DNA of 64,000 bases from an uncultured Chloroflexia bacterium (lineage in GTDB: Bacteria; Chloroflexota; Anaerolineae; B4-G1; SLSP01). This document shows, piece by piece, positions 1 through 10,870 of this stretch. The DNA lies in contig CAVVUS010000008.1 in NCBI GenBank assembly GCA_963751345.1, positions 8,720 through 72,719 on the forward strand, read 5' to 3'. Position 1 is the stretch's first letter. Each line of letters starts with the position of its first letter. Both the position numbers and the translations under genes were made by a program. The notes beneath the pieces were generated by a model. That model did not search any database. It was given only the letters and a program-made list of their open reading frames with translations, and was not told the origin of the DNA.

Positions 1-358
1 TGGCGGGATGATCCACCTCAAAGACATGCACGTCCCGGCTCAGCGCGTCGAACCGGTAGGCTCGCGCGTCGAACCCGGCGCCCAGGATGACGAGTTGGTC
101 GATGCCCTCGGCCAGCCGGGCCTCGAGCACGTCGTCGATGTAGCGGTCGCGTGTGACCAGGAAGCCCACAACCCCGGGGCCCTTTCGTTCGCTCCATCCC
201 AGCCTGTCGAAGACCCTGACGACGGCGTAGAGCCAACCCGGCACGAACTGCCGCGCGTAGGGATCGTAGAGCAGGCGCTCGCCCTCCGGTTTCTCGGACT
301 CCAGCGCCCGGATCGCAGCGATGCCAAGCGCGCTCAGGCTCGATTGACGTTTGCGCAT
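1..358 (-). CDS. Class I SAM-dependent methyltransferase, LCM/YktD family (partial, runs off window start)
   Basis: Not in the ORF track; manual translation from ATG at 358 gives MRKRQSSLSALGIAAIRALESEKPEGERLLYDPYA...TRDRYIDD...QLVILGAGFDARAYR...VFEVDHP, the LCM-family motifs. Confidence 0.85.
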   Translation of the reverse strand, partial: MRKRQSSLSALGIAAIRALESEKPEGERLLYDPYARQFVPGWLYAVVRVFDRLGWSERKGPGVVGFLVTRDRYIDDVLEARLAEGIDQLVILGAGFDARAYRFDALSRDVHVFEVDHPA

Positions 359-418
359 AGGGGATAGCCTTCAGCCAACAGCTGTCAGTTGACCGGTCCG
401 TATTCCTTGTCCTGGATT

Positions 419-1372
419 CTAGCCCCGCGTTGTTGCCTTCTTCCACCGCACGAAGTGCTGCTGCGCCACCGGGTTGAGCGAGACGTAGAAGCGGTTGGCG
501 GGGGACGGCTCCGGCGCGGAGGCGATGTATGCCCAGCGGGCGCCGCGTTCGTGCAGGCCGTTGAAGCAGGCGGTGACGACGGCTCTGGCCAGGCCGAGAC
601 GACGGTAGGCAGGATGGGTACCCACGGGCTCGACCTCCGCCAGCCCATTCACCCGGTTGATCGAACCGGTGGCAAAGGCCACGCGCTGCCCGTCCGGCGC
701 GACCACCACCAGGTCGAGCGCCGGGTCGTATGACCACATCTCCTGCATGACGGGCTCCGGCGTCAGGTCCGGGTCGCGGTCGGGATGGAAGACGAGCGAG
801 GTCAGCCGCGAGCGCGCCACCCGGTCGGGGTCGGCCACCGCATCGCGGATGGTGTAGTCCTCCGGGAGGGTGACCGTGCCGGACACCTGCAGGAGATCAT
901 AGGCGTGCATGGTCTCGGCCGCGCCTTCCGCGCGGTAGCCCAGATGGGTCAGCGCCGTCTCCCGGCCTGTGTCTCCCATCTCAGCATACGTGATCCACAT
1001 GCCGCCGGCAGAGGGCCAGTGTCCCTCGACCCAGGTGAGGATGTCCGGCTCGATCTCGCGGTGGTCGGGGTGGGTGATGACATGGAAGTCACGCCCGGAC
1101 CCCTCTACAATCGCCAGACCCACAAGGTTGCCCGCGTCGTCTCTCCACAGGTGGAGCTTGCGATTGAGCGCGGCGCGGTTGAACCAGTCGGGGGCGCTAT
1201 AGACGACCCAGCCCTCAAAGCGGTTGGCGGACCACGTGTTGACAGCCGGCGGCTCGCCCTCTGTCCGTGGTCGGTGAGTCTCGGCGAGCATGCGCCAGAC
1301 CTCGCGGAACTCACGATTCCGGTCGGTGACGAAAGCGTCGGTGATGTGCACCGGCCTGTCCCTACTTTCCAC
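419..1372 (-). CDS. GNAT family N-acetyltransferase
   Basis: C-terminal acetyl-CoA motif EPVGTHPAYRRLGLARA; GTG start at 1372 overlapping the upstream gene end is inferred. Confidence 0.8.
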   Translation of the reverse strand: MESRDRPVHITDAFVTDRNREFREVWRMLAETHRPRTEGEPPAVNTWSANRFEGWVVYSAPDWFNRAALNRKLHLWRDDAGNLVGLAIVEGSGRDFHVITHPDHREIEPDILTWVEGHWPSAGGMWITYAEMGDTGRETALTHLGYRAEGAAETMHAYDLLQVSGTVTLPEDYTIRDAVADPDRVARSRLTSLVFHPDRDPDLTPEPVMQEMWSYDPALDLVVVAPDGQRVAFATGSINRVNGLAEVEPVGTHPAYRRLGLARAVVTACFNGLHERGARWAYIASAPEPSPANRFYVSLNPVAQQHFVRWKKATTRG

Positions 1373-2267
1373 GCCGTACTGCGTGGTCCGATTTGGCCGC
1401 CGACCGTCGTGCGCCGGCAGCCCTTTGCCGGAGCACCACTGCCGCCACAATCACGGTCACCAAAGGTAGCACGGCGCCGAACTCTCCCGCGAAGTAGGCC
1501 GTCCGCCCCGTGTCTTCGGTCAGGCCGCCGAAGATGGTCTGCACGAAGAGGTTGTGGCTGGCGTGAAGCAGGGCGGCGGGCCAGAGGCTGTTGGAGTCGA
1601 GACGGAGCCAGGCGGCGATGACGCTGATGGCCAGCACAAGGATGAGGAACCATACCAGGCCGTACGCCAGTGGGGTGCCGTTGTTGTATCCCAGCAGGAT
1701 GCCCGGTACGTGCCAGACCGCCCAGATGGCGCCGCTGATCAGGGCCGTGTTGAGGAAGGTGGTGTGCTTGGCGAGCTCGGGCACGAGCAGGCCGCGCCAC
1801 CCGATCTCCTCACCAAGTGCGGAGACCAGGCTGCCGACGATGCCCACGGTCGCCATCACGATGAGATAGACAATCGCGAAGGTAGTAGGGTTATCGGGCG
1901 TCATGCCGGTCGTGGCTGCTGCCGCCGCGATGGCACCAGTCAACGATGGCTTGCCCCATCCTGCCAGCCAGATGATCGCGTAGGCGACTGCAGCATAGGC
2001 CAACGGGATGACATAGCCCGCCACAATGAAGCGTCCCTTGGGCAGGTGCCAGCCGAGCCCGGAGATGCGCTGCTCGAAGATGAGCTGTGTCGCCAGGGCT
2101 GCGGCGCCGGGACACCACATCAGCAGCAGCGTGTAGGCGCCGCCCGCGGCGTTGTAAGCCCCGGCGGCTGCCATCATGGCATAGACGATGCCGCTGAGCA
2201 CGGCAGTGATGACCACGAAGACGATGATCTTGGCATAACCTGATGTGTTGCTGGTTTTCATTTCCAT
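1362..2267 (-). CDS. CPBP (Abi/CAAX) family intramembrane glutamic endopeptidase
   Basis: Multi-TM; motifs EEIGWRG, WAVWH, HASHN; start trimmed to MEMKTS. Confidence 0.9.
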   Translation of the reverse strand: MEMKTSNTSGYAKIIVFVVITAVLSGIVYAMMAAAGAYNAAGGAYTLLLMWCPGAAALATQLIFEQRISGLGWHLPKGRFIVAGYVIPLAYAAVAYAIIWLAGWGKPSLTGAIAAAAATTGMTPDNPTTFAIVYLIVMATVGIVGSLVSALGEEIGWRGLLVPELAKHTTFLNTALISGAIWAVWHVPGILLGYNNGTPLAYGLVWFLILVLAISVIAAWLRLDSNSLWPAALLHASHNLFVQTIFGGLTEDTGRTAYFAGEFGAVLPLVTVIVAAVVLRQRAAGARRSAAKSDHAVRRGK

Positions 2268-2272
2268 ATCCC

Positions 2273-3052
2273 TCAACCGAACATCCAGTACCCGGCCACA
2301 GCCGAGATATCCATAAGGCCGTGGACGACCATGTAGTAGGGCAGCAGCGTGGGCCGCCACTTCAGCACTAACCCTACGAAAAGCGCGAAGGGTAGAAACA
2401 TTCCAAGGCGCCACACAATGAACCGCCAATCGAAGACCAAAGGCAGGGCGATATGCTGGGCGCCCAGGAAGAGGCTTGTCAGCAGGTAGGCAGCCCACGG
2501 TCGCTTCCAGATCACCTGGAGCCTCGGCATAGCGTAGCCGAAATACGTGGGCAGTTCGCTGAGCGCCTGGGCCAGCGGAAAGGTCAGCAGGAACAGGACC
2601 AGTACGGCCGTCGGCTGGGGGCGGTAGAGCAGGGTACCCCCCGCGGCACTGTTGCCAAAGAGCCACCGGCTGAGCAGCAGGTTAGGGAAGAACCCAATCG
2701 GCCCACCGATGAGCATCGTCCCCAGGGCCACCGGCAGGTCGCGCCGCCAGCGGCTCCAGTCCACATTGTAGAAGTCGCTGACCCGCAGTCCTTCGCGCCG
2801 CGCCAACCGCCGTAGGATGAGCAGGGTCGCCACGCTTCCCAGGAAAGCCGTGCCTGGCCACCAAGCCGCGGACGCCTCCCAGGGCGCCGCGTGTCCGACA
2901 AGGGCGTAGATCGCGGCGATGGCGAGTTGGATTGCCGCAAAGAGCAGCGTGCGTGCAAACACCATCGCAAGCGGCCATCCGCGCCCAATACGTCCGGCGG
3001 CCACGCGTCGTGGGATCGCCTCGAGGCTATTCGCCAACTTCGTCGCTGTCAT
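2273..3052 (-). CDS. Divergent CPBP-like membrane protein
   Basis: Multi-TM; degenerate motifs SELPTYFGY, FLGAQH, HGLMD. Confidence 0.7.
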   Translation of the reverse strand: MTATKLANSLEAIPRRVAAGRIGRGWPLAMVFARTLLFAAIQLAIAAIYALVGHAAPWEASAAWWPGTAFLGSVATLLILRRLARREGLRVSDFYNVDWSRWRRDLPVALGTMLIGGPIGFFPNLLLSRWLFGNSAAGGTLLYRPQPTAVLVLFLLTFPLAQALSELPTYFGYAMPRLQVIWKRPWAAYLLTSLFLGAQHIALPLVFDWRFIVWRLGMFLPFALFVGLVLKWRPTLLPYYMVVHGLMDISAVAGYWMFG

Positions 3053-3115
3053 CAGGTTCCTTCCTCAGGTGAGTCGCAAGTCCGGTCCGAGAGTGCGTGA
3101 TGGTGGGAGGCTTGG

Positions 3116-3991
3116 CTAAGGGGCTGCAGAGTCTGCCAGGCTCGCGATGCAGGTGGCCATAGCTTGGACACGCTCCTCAGGATAGGCGAGTCCGAGTCCC
3201 GCGGTGACCTCGGCGGCAAGGCGGCGCGCCAGATTGAGCAGGGCCAACAACCCGCGCCAACCAGCCTCGCGCTCGAGCGGGACGTACGTCGCCGCGAGTG
3301 CCTCGATCACCCACGGCTCGGCCCACTCGGCGATGAACTTGGCGTTATGCCACGTGTCGTGGCTCCAGCCGTGGAGCGTGCGGGCGTGCCACTCGATGAG
3401 GGGCAGGAGTTGTCCGCGGAGGCTGCACAGCGCGCCCTGCAGCGCGAAGAGATCACCGCGTGCGAGCTGGCGCGCGGCGTGATTCGCGCCGAACCAGAAC
3501 CCGTCAAGCCAGCCGTTGAGCGCGCCCTGGTCCGGAGGCCTCTGGGGGAGGAGAGGCATCGGTCCTGGGGCAGCCGGCAGAGCATTGTCCTTGTCGAGGA
3601 GGATGCGGATGCCGCGGCGCACTGTGTCGGGCACGTTTCCCGACGCCAGCATCTCGCGCGTGGCCGGCAGCATCGCTACGTCGTGGAGCACAAAGTCGAC
3701 CTGGAAGCCACCCTGAAACAACACCAGGCGCTCGATGTCGTTTGCCACGGTGCGGCCGGATAGCGCGATCCATACCGGCGCCATCTGTTCGATCCAGCCG
3801 GACGTGGTCTGGTAATGCGTCACGTCGGTGACGAAGACCACGATGTCCAGGTCTGACCACGGATCGGCGGGATGATCGACCCGCGCCTGCGAGCCCATGA
3901 CGAAGGCCGCGCGCACGTCGTCCTGGGCGGTCGCCCACGCGACGAAGCGGGCCTCGGCATCCTTCACAGAGTTCAGCGGTTCAGTCGGCAT
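3116..3991 (-). CDS. Aminoglycoside 6-adenylyltransferase (AadK/ANT(6))-like nucleotidyltransferase
   Basis: GSQAR...DPWSDLDIVVFV nucleotidyltransferase motif, RLVLF..G.QVDF, RILLDKD, ARGDL, TWHNAKFIAEW; GGAGGA RBS. Confidence 0.8.
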   Translation of the reverse strand: MPTEPLNSVKDAEARFVAWATAQDDVRAAFVMGSQARVDHPADPWSDLDIVVFVTDVTHYQTTSGWIEQMAPVWIALSGRTVANDIERLVLFQGGFQVDFVLHDVAMLPATREMLASGNVPDTVRRGIRILLDKDNALPAAPGPMPLLPQRPPDQGALNGWLDGFWFGANHAARQLARGDLFALQGALCSLRGQLLPLIEWHARTLHGWSHDTWHNAKFIAEWAEPWVIEALAATYVPLEREAGWRGLLALLNLARRLAAEVTAGLGLAYPEERVQAMATCIASLADSAAP

Positions 3992-4000
3992 CTCGTCCTC

Positions 4001-4929
4001 CTATCCTCCGGGTGTGATCGAGCCCGCTGCCATGAATGAGAAAATCAGGATATCCTGGATGACGTGGATGAACCACGCCCAGCCCAGGCCGCGCGTCTCG
4101 AGCATCGCCTTGCCGAGGATCCATCCCAGGAAACTCGACATGAGAACGCCGACGATGCCGTAGGGCACGCCGAAATAGTGGCCGATGCCAAAGAAGAGCG
4201 CGGCATTCCACAGCGCCTGCTGCGATCCGACGGCGGGCTCGAGCGTGGCGAGCATTGAGGCCCGGTAGGTCATCTCCTCGCTGAAGGCATTCATCACCGC
4301 GAAGAGCACGACCGCGGGCAGCATCGGCGCTGCGCGCACGAATGAGCCCCACGTCGGGCGCCCACCCACGATCAAGAAGACCAAGCAGGCCCAGCCCGAT
4401 GTAGATGCTGAACTGCCCACCGAACCGCGTCCACGGATCGGGTTTGGGAAAGCCCAGCAGAGGCACCGGTCGAATCGGTGCGTCCAACTTGCCCTTCGCA
4501 AGGAAAAAGCTCCTTCGCCGGTAGCCTAACGCAAGGAGGACGCCGATCATCATCAGCGTCACGATCAGGCGGCCCAGCTGTTCGCCCAGCATCGAGCGTG
4601 TGAAGGGTGCCCCCGCGCCCCCGAACCATCCCACCCACAGCGCAGATGAGGTGAGGCGCGAGACGAGCTGCTCTGCCAAGGACATAGCCAGGAGGACCAG
4701 GATGTAGGGCCGCAGAGGACGCAGCGCGGCCCAGACAAGCGTCGCTGCACTGAGCGCGATCAGCAGTCCTGCCTTGGCCCAGATCAGCCACGAGGGCCTC
4801 CCGGCGCCCAGTTCGTACAGCAGCGCATTGGGCAGGACGCTGACGCACAGCATCGTAGTCCAGGCCGTCGCGACGACGAAACTACGACTGCGATCGAGCT
4901 GCTCAGGTATGCGTTGTTGCGCTCAGCAT
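4001..4929 (-). CDS. CPBP family intramembrane protease (frameshifted near 4380 and near the start)
   Basis: Joins ORFs 3981..4853 and 4001..4501; motifs EEMTYR, FFGIGH, HVIQD; AAGGAAAG RBS before ATG 4929. Confidence 0.8.
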
Positions 4930-5034
4930 AGCTTTCCTTTCGATCTCAGGCAACCCATCTTCCGGGATGCTCCGATGTAAGCTGCAGGAGCAGGTGCGTG
5001 CTTTCAGCGTCACGGAAGGTTACAGACGCCGACG

Positions 5035-5827
5035 TCATTGCAGCTTCGCGATGAGGGCCGGTGTCCGGCCGCGCGGCACGAAGCCCATATGTTCCGCGAG
5101 GCTGCGCGAGGCGGCGTTGACGTGCCAGTTCGACCAGGCAGGCTGCAGCCCCAGCGCCAGAGCGTGGTCGACGAAGGCACAGGTGAGCCAGCGTTGCCAG
5201 TCCCCGGCGCCGGTAGGCTTCCTCGGTGTGAATGCTGATCTCGGCCTTGCCCGCGCCTACCAGGACGGTATGGCAGCGACTCACGGGCTCGCCGTCCTTC
5301 ATGGCCGCGAATCCGAAGCCACGGGCCAGGAAGGCGTCGAGGCTGCCCCAGAACTCGGGAAAGCCCTGGCCTTCGGCCAGCGCTCGATCGTAGGCCCGGA
5401 CCTCGATCCCCGTCGGAATCGTCTCGCGCCAGTTGCCGTGCGCCGCCAGGAACCGGTCGTGGTCAAAGACATACTCGTCGCGGGCCGCGTTGTGGCGCTC
5501 CAGGGCATCGGAAAACATCGTACCGACAGCATCGGCCCAGGCCTCCGACGTCGGAAAGACGAAAACGTAGCCGTGGTGGGGCACCAACTGCCCGCGGATG
5601 AGGTCCTCCATGGCCCGGATGGCGCCCGCATCACCGACAGCTCCCAGCGGGTAGAGGAACTCGCAGGCCAGCGAGACCAGGGCGGTCGCCGGTGCATCGC
5701 GATCGTCGACGAAGACGCGCCCGGCGTGGTTACCCTCCAGCAGGGCCGCGACGAAACTTCCGCCTACACCGCCGGTCTCGACCAGCGGGCGGATCCTGGC
5801 GACGTCGGACGCGGCAAGCTCGATCAT
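5035..5827 (-). CDS. GNAT family acetyltransferase, YdfB-like (frameshift near 5185)
   Basis: EISIHTEEAYRRRGLA motif; alternative frame continues TCAFVDHALALGLQPAWSNWHVNAASRSLAEHMGF to a stop at 5035. Confidence 0.8.
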
Positions 5828-5937
5828 CTGCATCTCCAGCAGAAGGTTCGCAGTCATCGATTCAGCGGCGGCGCCTGAGGAATGCGCCGGAACGACTGAA
5901 GTCGTTACCACGAACCTGTGTGTGCGCTGCTACGGGA

Positions 5938-6672
5938 CTACTTGGCCTGGACCAAGCCCTCGACGTAGCCGAGGTCGTGAGCGAGCCCGAGGCGCAGCTC
6001 GTCGTCTGTGATTCCGTCATACTCGCGGTGTTCGATCGAGAGCATGCGGTCGAAGCCCTGGCGCTTCAGCTCTTTGTAGACACCGGGCAGGTCGACCGTC
6101 CCGCCGCCCAGAGGCAGGCGCTGATCCGAGTCCTTGAAGTGGACGTGGTAGATGCGTCCCTCCAGCTTCTCGACCTGCTCCAGCGGATCGACGCCCGCCG
6201 CCGCAAAGTGCCCCGTATCCGGGTTGGCCCCGATGTACATGGAATGGCCTTTCAGCGCCTCGAGGATCGTGTCCGCGGCCTCGAAGACGTTGCCCCGGTG
6301 GTTCTCGATTGCATAGTAGAGCTTGTACTCCTCGCAGAGCTCGTCCAGATCCGGCAGCAAGGCCGGGTCGAGAACGCCCGTGATGATGGGCACCCCAAGG
6401 CCCTTGGCAAACTCGAAGACGTTGCGGAGATACGCGGCGTCCCGGTCCTTGGACAATCCACCGACGCAGTAGGCCGTCGGCGTGATGCCGTGGGCCAGGC
6501 AGAGCTTGCGGGCCTCGGCGGCGCCCTTCGCATCCACGGTGTGGAAGTCGCTCAGGCCGTCGGCGTGGCGGTAATCCAGCTCGGTGTTCTCAAAGCCGAT
6601 GCCACTCAGGAAGTCCATGGCGTCGGCGACGCCGTGGTGTCGCAGCAGGTATGAAATGACCCCGATTTCCAT
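5938..6672 (-). CDS. Sugar phosphate isomerase/epimerase (xylose-isomerase-like TIM barrel)
   Basis: Metal motifs AIENH, NPDTGH, HVHFKD, SIEH; AAGGAG RBS. Confidence 0.85.
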   Translation of the reverse strand: MEIGVISYLLRHHGVADAMDFLSGIGFENTELDYRHADGLSDFHTVDAKGAAEARKLCLAHGITPTAYCVGGLSKDRDAAYLRNVFEFAKGLGVPIITGVLDPALLPDLDELCEEYKLYYAIENHRGNVFEAADTILEALKGHSMYIGANPDTGHFAAAGVDPLEQVEKLEGRIYHVHFKDSDQRLPLGGGTVDLPGVYKELKRQGFDRMLSIEHREYDGITDDELRLGLAHDLGYVEGLVQAK

Positions 6673-6722
6673 CTGGTTGACTCCTTTTCGTTAGTGAGAG
6701 CGATGAACCTGACGAACGCTAC

Positions 6723-8201
6723 CTATGAGCCGTCATCGTAGTCGACGATCACGCCGTCGATGAGCAGCCTACCATACTCGCGAATCCGGGCGCCGCCAGC
6801 CGGCACAATGGCGATGACCCGAGCGCTGTCCGCGTCCAGATCGATGGGTACGCGGCCCCGGACCTCCTCGGCGACCATACTGGTGAAGCGTCAGATCGTA
6901 GAGGTCGACGGGCCGGTTCCCGACGTCGAGATGCACCGTGCGCGACGTTTCCCACGGGTTGCCGTAGAGGAAGGTCGGGTACGTCTTCTCCGCCAGGAAA
7001 TCGGAGCCGGCTACGTCGAGCTGCAGAATGAACGGATCGCCGGTGGGCTTTGACCAGAGCACCCCACAGGAGGACGTACCCGCCCCCGTAGATCGACTTG
7101 TGGCCCATGGCGTCGCCCGCGGCATAGGGGGCGTGTCCCTCGTACTCGGCGTAGAGCCGCTCGTACGCGACGGTGGAGACTCAGGTCGCCACGGCTTTCC
7201 GCAGCCGCGCAGAAGTCGGAGTAGAAGAGCCGCGCGTTCGCGGCTACGTGGAGAGCGTACTTGGCGATCTGCCGCGCGAACCGCACGTCATAGCGCGCAA
7301 TCGGGAGGATGTAGGGCAGCGGCATCAGGGACTCCATGCTGTAGGCCGACTCAGGTTCACTGTAGCGCCACCCGCGGAAGAGCCCGTTCACTTCCCGGTC
7401 GCCCCAGGTCCCCACGACCATGCCGGCTGCGGGGTCGAAGACGTAGGCCAGGGCGCGGCGAACGTCGACGTCGTATCCCCGGGCGTGCAGGCGCGCGGCG
7501 GCGACGGCTGCCATCGCCCCGGAGGGTACCTCATACCACGGGTTCCGCTCGAAGGCCAGGTAGTGCTGCAGCGCCCGCAGCGCTTCCTCCAGATAGCCGG
7601 GGTCCGCCCACGTCTCATACGCCAACAGCATCAGATAGCCGTAACCGCCCACCGCGTCTGGCTGTCGATAGATGTCCTTTCGGGTCCATGAGCGGCGGGC
7701 CGTGAAATCGTACCCCTGGGCGTCAAAGTCGTAGTCGATGCTTTGAGCCATCGTCCTTAGCGCGTCGACGCTCCGCCGCCACCGCTGCATCGCAGCCGCG
7801 TCGTGGCTCAGGGCACATCGCGTGATGTGCGCAGCCAGGGAGTTGGCGTACATCAGGTACCACATCTCGGTGCGGTCTTGTCCGGCGCCGTTCATATAGA
7901 CGCCGGTGGTTTCGTTGAAGTACCCGGAAAGTGACGGAAGCAGCGCGGTCACGTCGTCGCCAAGGATCTGCTTTCCCAGGGTGATGGGTCCATAGGAGAC
8001 CAGTTCGTGCTTGGCTTCCGGTCCCGTCTGACCCTCCAGGAAGGCAGTGAAAGCCTGGCGCCCGTGTTCGTCCGCGAAGGTGACGCCGTTGGCAGGGTCC
8101 ATCACGAAGCGGTCAAAGTCCCGAGCCATCCGGCCCCAATCGAGCGGTTGCTCTTGGGGGCGCGCGGGCACGTCCATAAGTCCGGCCAGATCAGTTTCCA
8201 T
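6723..8201 (-). CDS. Uncharacterised protein, possible (alpha/alpha)-barrel glycoside hydrolase-like (3 frameshifts)
   Basis: Aromatic- and acid-rich ORF 7011..8201 continues via GHKSIYGGGYVLLWGALV, PFILQLDV..DFL..YPTFLYGNPW and ARVIAIVPAG..RLLIDGVIVDY to a stop at 6723; fold assignment is inference. Confidence 0.55.
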
Positions 8202-8207
8202 GGTACC

Positions 8208-9050
8208 TCACTCGGCAGGGATCCGCCGCGCCGTCACGAACCAGTTGTGGGGAATGTTGGGCATGGTCGGCGGGATGACGGGCAGCGTCCATCGCCCGTG
8301 ATTGGCTTCCGGTGCGCCCGCCTGGCTCAGCGACGCGGCCCACCCGCGGTCCGCGAGGAAGGTCACCGGGTCGTCCATCGTTCCGAGCCACGGCGCGCCG
8401 GCCTTGGCCTGCATCTCGACCCATGGGCGCGTCAGCGGATGGGTCAGGGTGATGCCGTTCATGATATCGAACCCGAGCCAGCTTCCCGGTGCCGCAAGGC
8501 CACCGACCGTGTCGAGGATTTGCGTGACGGCGTTGTTGGGAAGGTAGAAGAGGAATCCCTCCAGCAACCAGCCCGAGGGCTCTGCAGGGTTGAAGCCCGC
8601 GCCAACGAGAGCGTCACCCCACGGCTCCGTAAGGTCGGCGGCGATGGCGTGCCGGGTACACGCAGGTGAGGCGCCCGCGGCCTCGAGTACGGCGGCCTTA
8701 TGCGCCAGGACGTCCGGCTGATCCAGCTCGAAGACCTCGGTGCCCTCCGGCCACGTGAGCCGGAATGCGCGGGTGTCCAAGCCGGCGGCCATGAGCACGA
8801 TCTGTTTGAGGGCGTACTCGCCAACGATGCGCATGAGAAAGTCATCAAAATACCGAGTCCTGAGCAGGATGGGCACGGAGCTTCCTTCGGGCCGTCCCGC
8901 TATCCAGGCTGCTCCCTCCTGCCCGGCGAGTGCCGCCGCCCACGGATCCGCAAAAAGCCGGTCCTCGCGCTCGTTCTCTCTCGCGCGCACCGCAGCAGTC
9001 CATCGTGCGGTGGATGCCAGCAAGCTCTCGGATGTAGTCAAATCCGCCAT
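8208..9050 (-). CDS. Class I SAM-dependent methyltransferase, LCM family
   Basis: TARWTAAVRARE, LFADPWA, RTRYFDD, QIVLMAAGLDTRAFRL, FELDQP, WLLEG. Confidence 0.9.
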   Translation of the reverse strand: MADLTTSESLLASTARWTAAVRARENEREDRLFADPWAAALAGQEGAAWIAGRPEGSSVPILLRTRYFDDFLMRIVGEYALKQIVLMAAGLDTRAFRLTWPEGTEVFELDQPDVLAHKAAVLEAAGASPACTRHAIAADLTEPWGDALVGAGFNPAEPSGWLLEGFLFYLPNNAVTQILDTVGGLAAPGSWLGFDIMNGITLTHPLTRPWVEMQAKAGAPWLGTMDDPVTFLADRGWAASLSQAGAPEANHGRWTLPVIPPTMPNIPHNWFVTARRIPAE

Positions 9051-9203
9051 CACCAGCCTCCCTGTCGTGGAGCATTCATCAGAGCTGATCGCCTCCTCCT
9101 GTCGCCGGGGGTACTGACGACCCGCCCCAAGCGAAGGGCGAAAGAAAGGGCGCCTTGTGTGGATATGCTAGTCCAGACCCCGGTCCCGTCAATTCGATTC
9201 GAC

Positions 9204-10374
9204 TCACAGGGGCTGCGTCCGGACGGCTACTTCGTGCGGCTGCGTCCTCGCTCCTTTGGCCCGCCCTTTCATCCCGAGCAGGAACCGGAACAGAGCGATG
9301 CGGCTCAAGGCCTCGTACACTGCAAACGTGGTCAACGTCGAGAGTGAGATGATGAGAAGGTACCTTCGCGGCGACGCCGACCGGGAGTCGGGTGATACCC
9401 CAGGTCACCAAGGTGACGACCGGCAGGTGCAGGATGTAGAAGGGGTAGGAGGCGGTGCCCAGGTAGCGGAGCGCGGCGTTCGAACGCGACAGGAGGCGCT
9501 GTCCCCAGCCGAGGATCGCGAGCGTCCAGACCCAGCGGTCGAGGTTGTAGACAGCGCCATAGCCGACGTCGTTGGGCGGCTGTCCGCTTCGCCACCGCAG
9601 AATCAGGAGCCAACGCACGGCTTCAACACAGAGCGCCAGCACCAGCATCGCCGGCGCATCGCGACGGATCGCGGCCTGGATGCGGGCATCGCTCATCAGG
9701 AGATAGCCGGTGGCAAAGACCAGAAGGTAGTAGATGGGATTCTGCGCGCCGAGGATGCCAAGCCAGTCGGCCAATGCCAGCGGAACGTAGAAGAGAAGCA
9801 CGGCGAACGGCAGGCTCAGGAAGTCGCCTGTCCGGGTCGCGACAGCCGCGCCTTTCGAGCTACGAAGCCACCTGAGCAGCGGCAGCGTCAGCACCGAGTA
9901 GACGAAGAGGAAGAGCACAAACCAGAGATGGGCGGGGGTGAACCCGCCGTGGACGCCGGAAAGGTCGCGGAAGTCCGTGAAGAAGCGCGCGTAGTGGTGC
10001 CAGAAGGTTGGGGGATTGGGCGTGCCCAGGTACCGGACGTAGGTCATTGCCGGAATCAGGACCGCGACGCCGAACAGGAACGGGACCAGGAGCCTCAGAA
10101 AGCGCTCCCGGACGTACTTGCCCGCAGTCCTGCGCTCGAGGGCGAGCCACGTTGACCCTCCGGCGATGGCAAAGAGCACCGGCATGTGCCACAGGTGGAC
10201 AAAGCCGGCAGCGTCATCCAGGAACGGGCTGTTGACGGTGTCTTTGTAGTAGACAACCGAGTTAGGATCCAGCACGAAGACCAGCGCCGCGTGAAAGGGC
10301 ACGAGCAACAGCACTGCCAGCACGCGGAGCCAGTCGAGATCATTGCGTCGTTCGGTTCGGGCGGGTGTCTGCAC
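9204..10374 (-). CDS. Acyltransferase family 3 (OpgC/MdoC-like) membrane protein (frameshift near 9360)
   Basis: RRNDLDWLR, WHMP, RFLRLLVP, HLWF, SYPFYILH; alternative frame ends YEALSR..LFRFLLGMK...stop 9204. Confidence 0.85.
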
Positions 10375-10381
10375 GGTACGC

Positions 10382-10771
10382 CTACATCCCGCGCATCGGC
10401 AGGTTGGCGCCGCAGTAGACGCAATCGGCCGACTGCGGGCCCGTCCACTTGACCTCGTCTCCGCGGATCGGGGCGCCGCACTTGGGGCACGAGGAGGGCA
10501 GGAGTTCCAGCCGGTGTTCGGGAGGCGGTGTGACCTGTGGCATCGCAGCGGCGACCACGGCTGCGGGCGATGCCGGCTCAGTCGATTCGAAGGCCTGGGG
10601 GGCTACCTGCATCAGGATGGCTTCGAGGATCAGGCTGGTCACGACCAGGATCAGTATCCCGGGCCATACCCAGTTGAGCCAGACCAAGATCAAGATACCC
10701 GCCAGCCAGATCGCAGCATGAAGCTTGCGCCACGGACCCACCAACTGCGGATCGCGCCTACGACTTCTCAT
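10382..10771 (-). CDS. Small membrane protein with C-terminal zinc ribbon
   Basis: Two hydrophobic helices then CPKCG...CVYCG; AGGAG RBS. Confidence 0.7.
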   Translation of the reverse strand: MRSRRRDPQLVGPWRKLHAAIWLAGILILVWLNWVWPGILILVVTSLILEAILMQVAPQAFESTEPASPAAVVAAAMPQVTPPPEHRLELLPSSCPKCGAPIRGDEVKWTGPQSADCVYCGANLPMRGM

Positions 10772-10870
10772 ATCAGGTCTCCTGTCATCACATGGTGAAA
10801 GCCAGATGGCCCCTTGGCCACGGCGTGCGTGAGCACCACGACCGATCCAGCGGTCAATAACCTGAAGGGA

